DNA from: an uncultured delta proteobacterium
Lineage (GTDB): Bacteria > Desulfobacterota > Binatia > Binatales > Binataceae
Assembly: GCA_963808235.1 (NCBI GenBank)
Contig: CAWEEQ010000003.1
Location: 32,001-96,000, forward strand
Length of the DNA: 64,000 nucleotides
Direction of reading: 5' to 3'
In this document: piece by piece, positions 63,373 to 64,000 of the stretch
Layout: the number at the start of each line of letters is the position of its first letter
Numbering within the stretch: the stretch's first letter is position 1
Translations under genes and position numbers: made by a program
The notes under the pieces: model-generated
Told to the model about the DNA's origin: nothing
The model's database searches: none
What the model saw: the letters and a program-made list of their open reading frames with translations, nothing else

Positions 63373-64000
63373 CTATTTGCTCGCGACGGTGAACATGTAG
63401 TCGCCGCCGTCATGCGCGTAGGATCGAATCACGCGGTTGATTCGTCCCGATTCGATATCGTCGGCAAGCCGCTTCACGCCGCGATCGATTTCCTCGCGAT
63501 CGGGCGCGTCGGCAAAGGTCGAAATTCCACTCATGATGCGCGGATCCAGATACCGCTCGGGCCGATTTTTCCCGCAGTAAAGAAAAAAATCCTTCAAGTC
63601 GGGTTTGATATCGTACTTTTCTTCGCATTCGATCCGGAATCCGGCGCCGTTCAGCACCTCGACGGTCACGAATCGGGCGTAGGGCGCAGTCGCCTTCTCC
63701 ATCGCGCGCGGAAAATATTCGATTAGCCAGTAGCGCCTCATTTGCTCGACCGTGCCGTTCAACACCACGAAGCGCGCGCCCGGCTTCAGCACGCGATGGA
63801 CTTCCCTGAAACTCGAGAGCGGATTGCCCAGGTGATGATGCACGAACGTGCACGAGGCGCCGTCGAAACTCTGCGCCTTGAACGGAATCGCTTCCGCGTG
63901 AGCGTTCACCCACGCGACGCCTTGGCCCTTGCGTTTTGCCCGCTCGAGCATGATCGGCGAAAGTTCTAACCCGCTTATATCCATGCCCGCCCGATGCATC
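63373..64000 (-). CDS. Class I SAM methyltransferase (5' end outside window)
   Basis: GLELS..ML, AEAIPF...SFD and RVLKPG. Confidence 0.85.
   Translation of the reverse strand, partial: MHRAGMDISGLELSPIMLERAKRKGQGVAWVNAHAEAIPFKAQSFDGASCTFVHHHLGNPLSSFREVHRVLKPGARFVVLNGTVEQMRRYWLIEYFPRAMEKATAPYARFVTVEVLNGAGFRIECEEKYDIKPDLKDFFLYCGKNRPERYLDPRIMSGISTFADAPDREEIDRGVKRLADDIESGRINRVIRSYAHDGGDYMFTVASK

Overview
GC-rich bacterial chromosomal window with about 52 CDS. I found no rRNA, tRNA, CRISPR array or transposase. Gene style (Thr/Ala-linker surface proteins, RHAAALALVGWYL small secreted proteins, F420-type LLM enzyme) suggests Candidatus Binatota; this is inference only. The core backbone is murI-secA-argJ, an M23 peptidase, ruvX, mltG, a MoxR/DUF58/VWA operon, an ATP-dependent DNA ligase, dacA, an acyl-CoA synthetase and two SDRs. 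About 12 single-base frameshifts, including in murI and argJ, most likely reflect long-read assembly errors, so several tracked ORFs are fragments or false fusions. The main candidate for a new system is a ~12 kb accessory locus at 39.1-51.0 kb. It encodes a CrtP/HpnE-like flavoprotein, an unknown protein, a polyprenyl synthase, a tandem acetoacetate-decarboxylase-fold protein, an HpnA-like reductase, a SAM methyltransferase and a domain-permuted STAND regulator, and looks like an isoprenoid pathway with no phytoene/squalene synthase or terpene cyclase. Other notable features are two paralogous small secreted-protein genes bracketed by ~110-bp inverted repeats in a REP-rich zone, a GT2/unknown/spore-photoproduct-lyase-like operon, and an S1/P1 nuclease-Ada-domain fusion plus a chimeric adhesin lying between ruvX and mltG.
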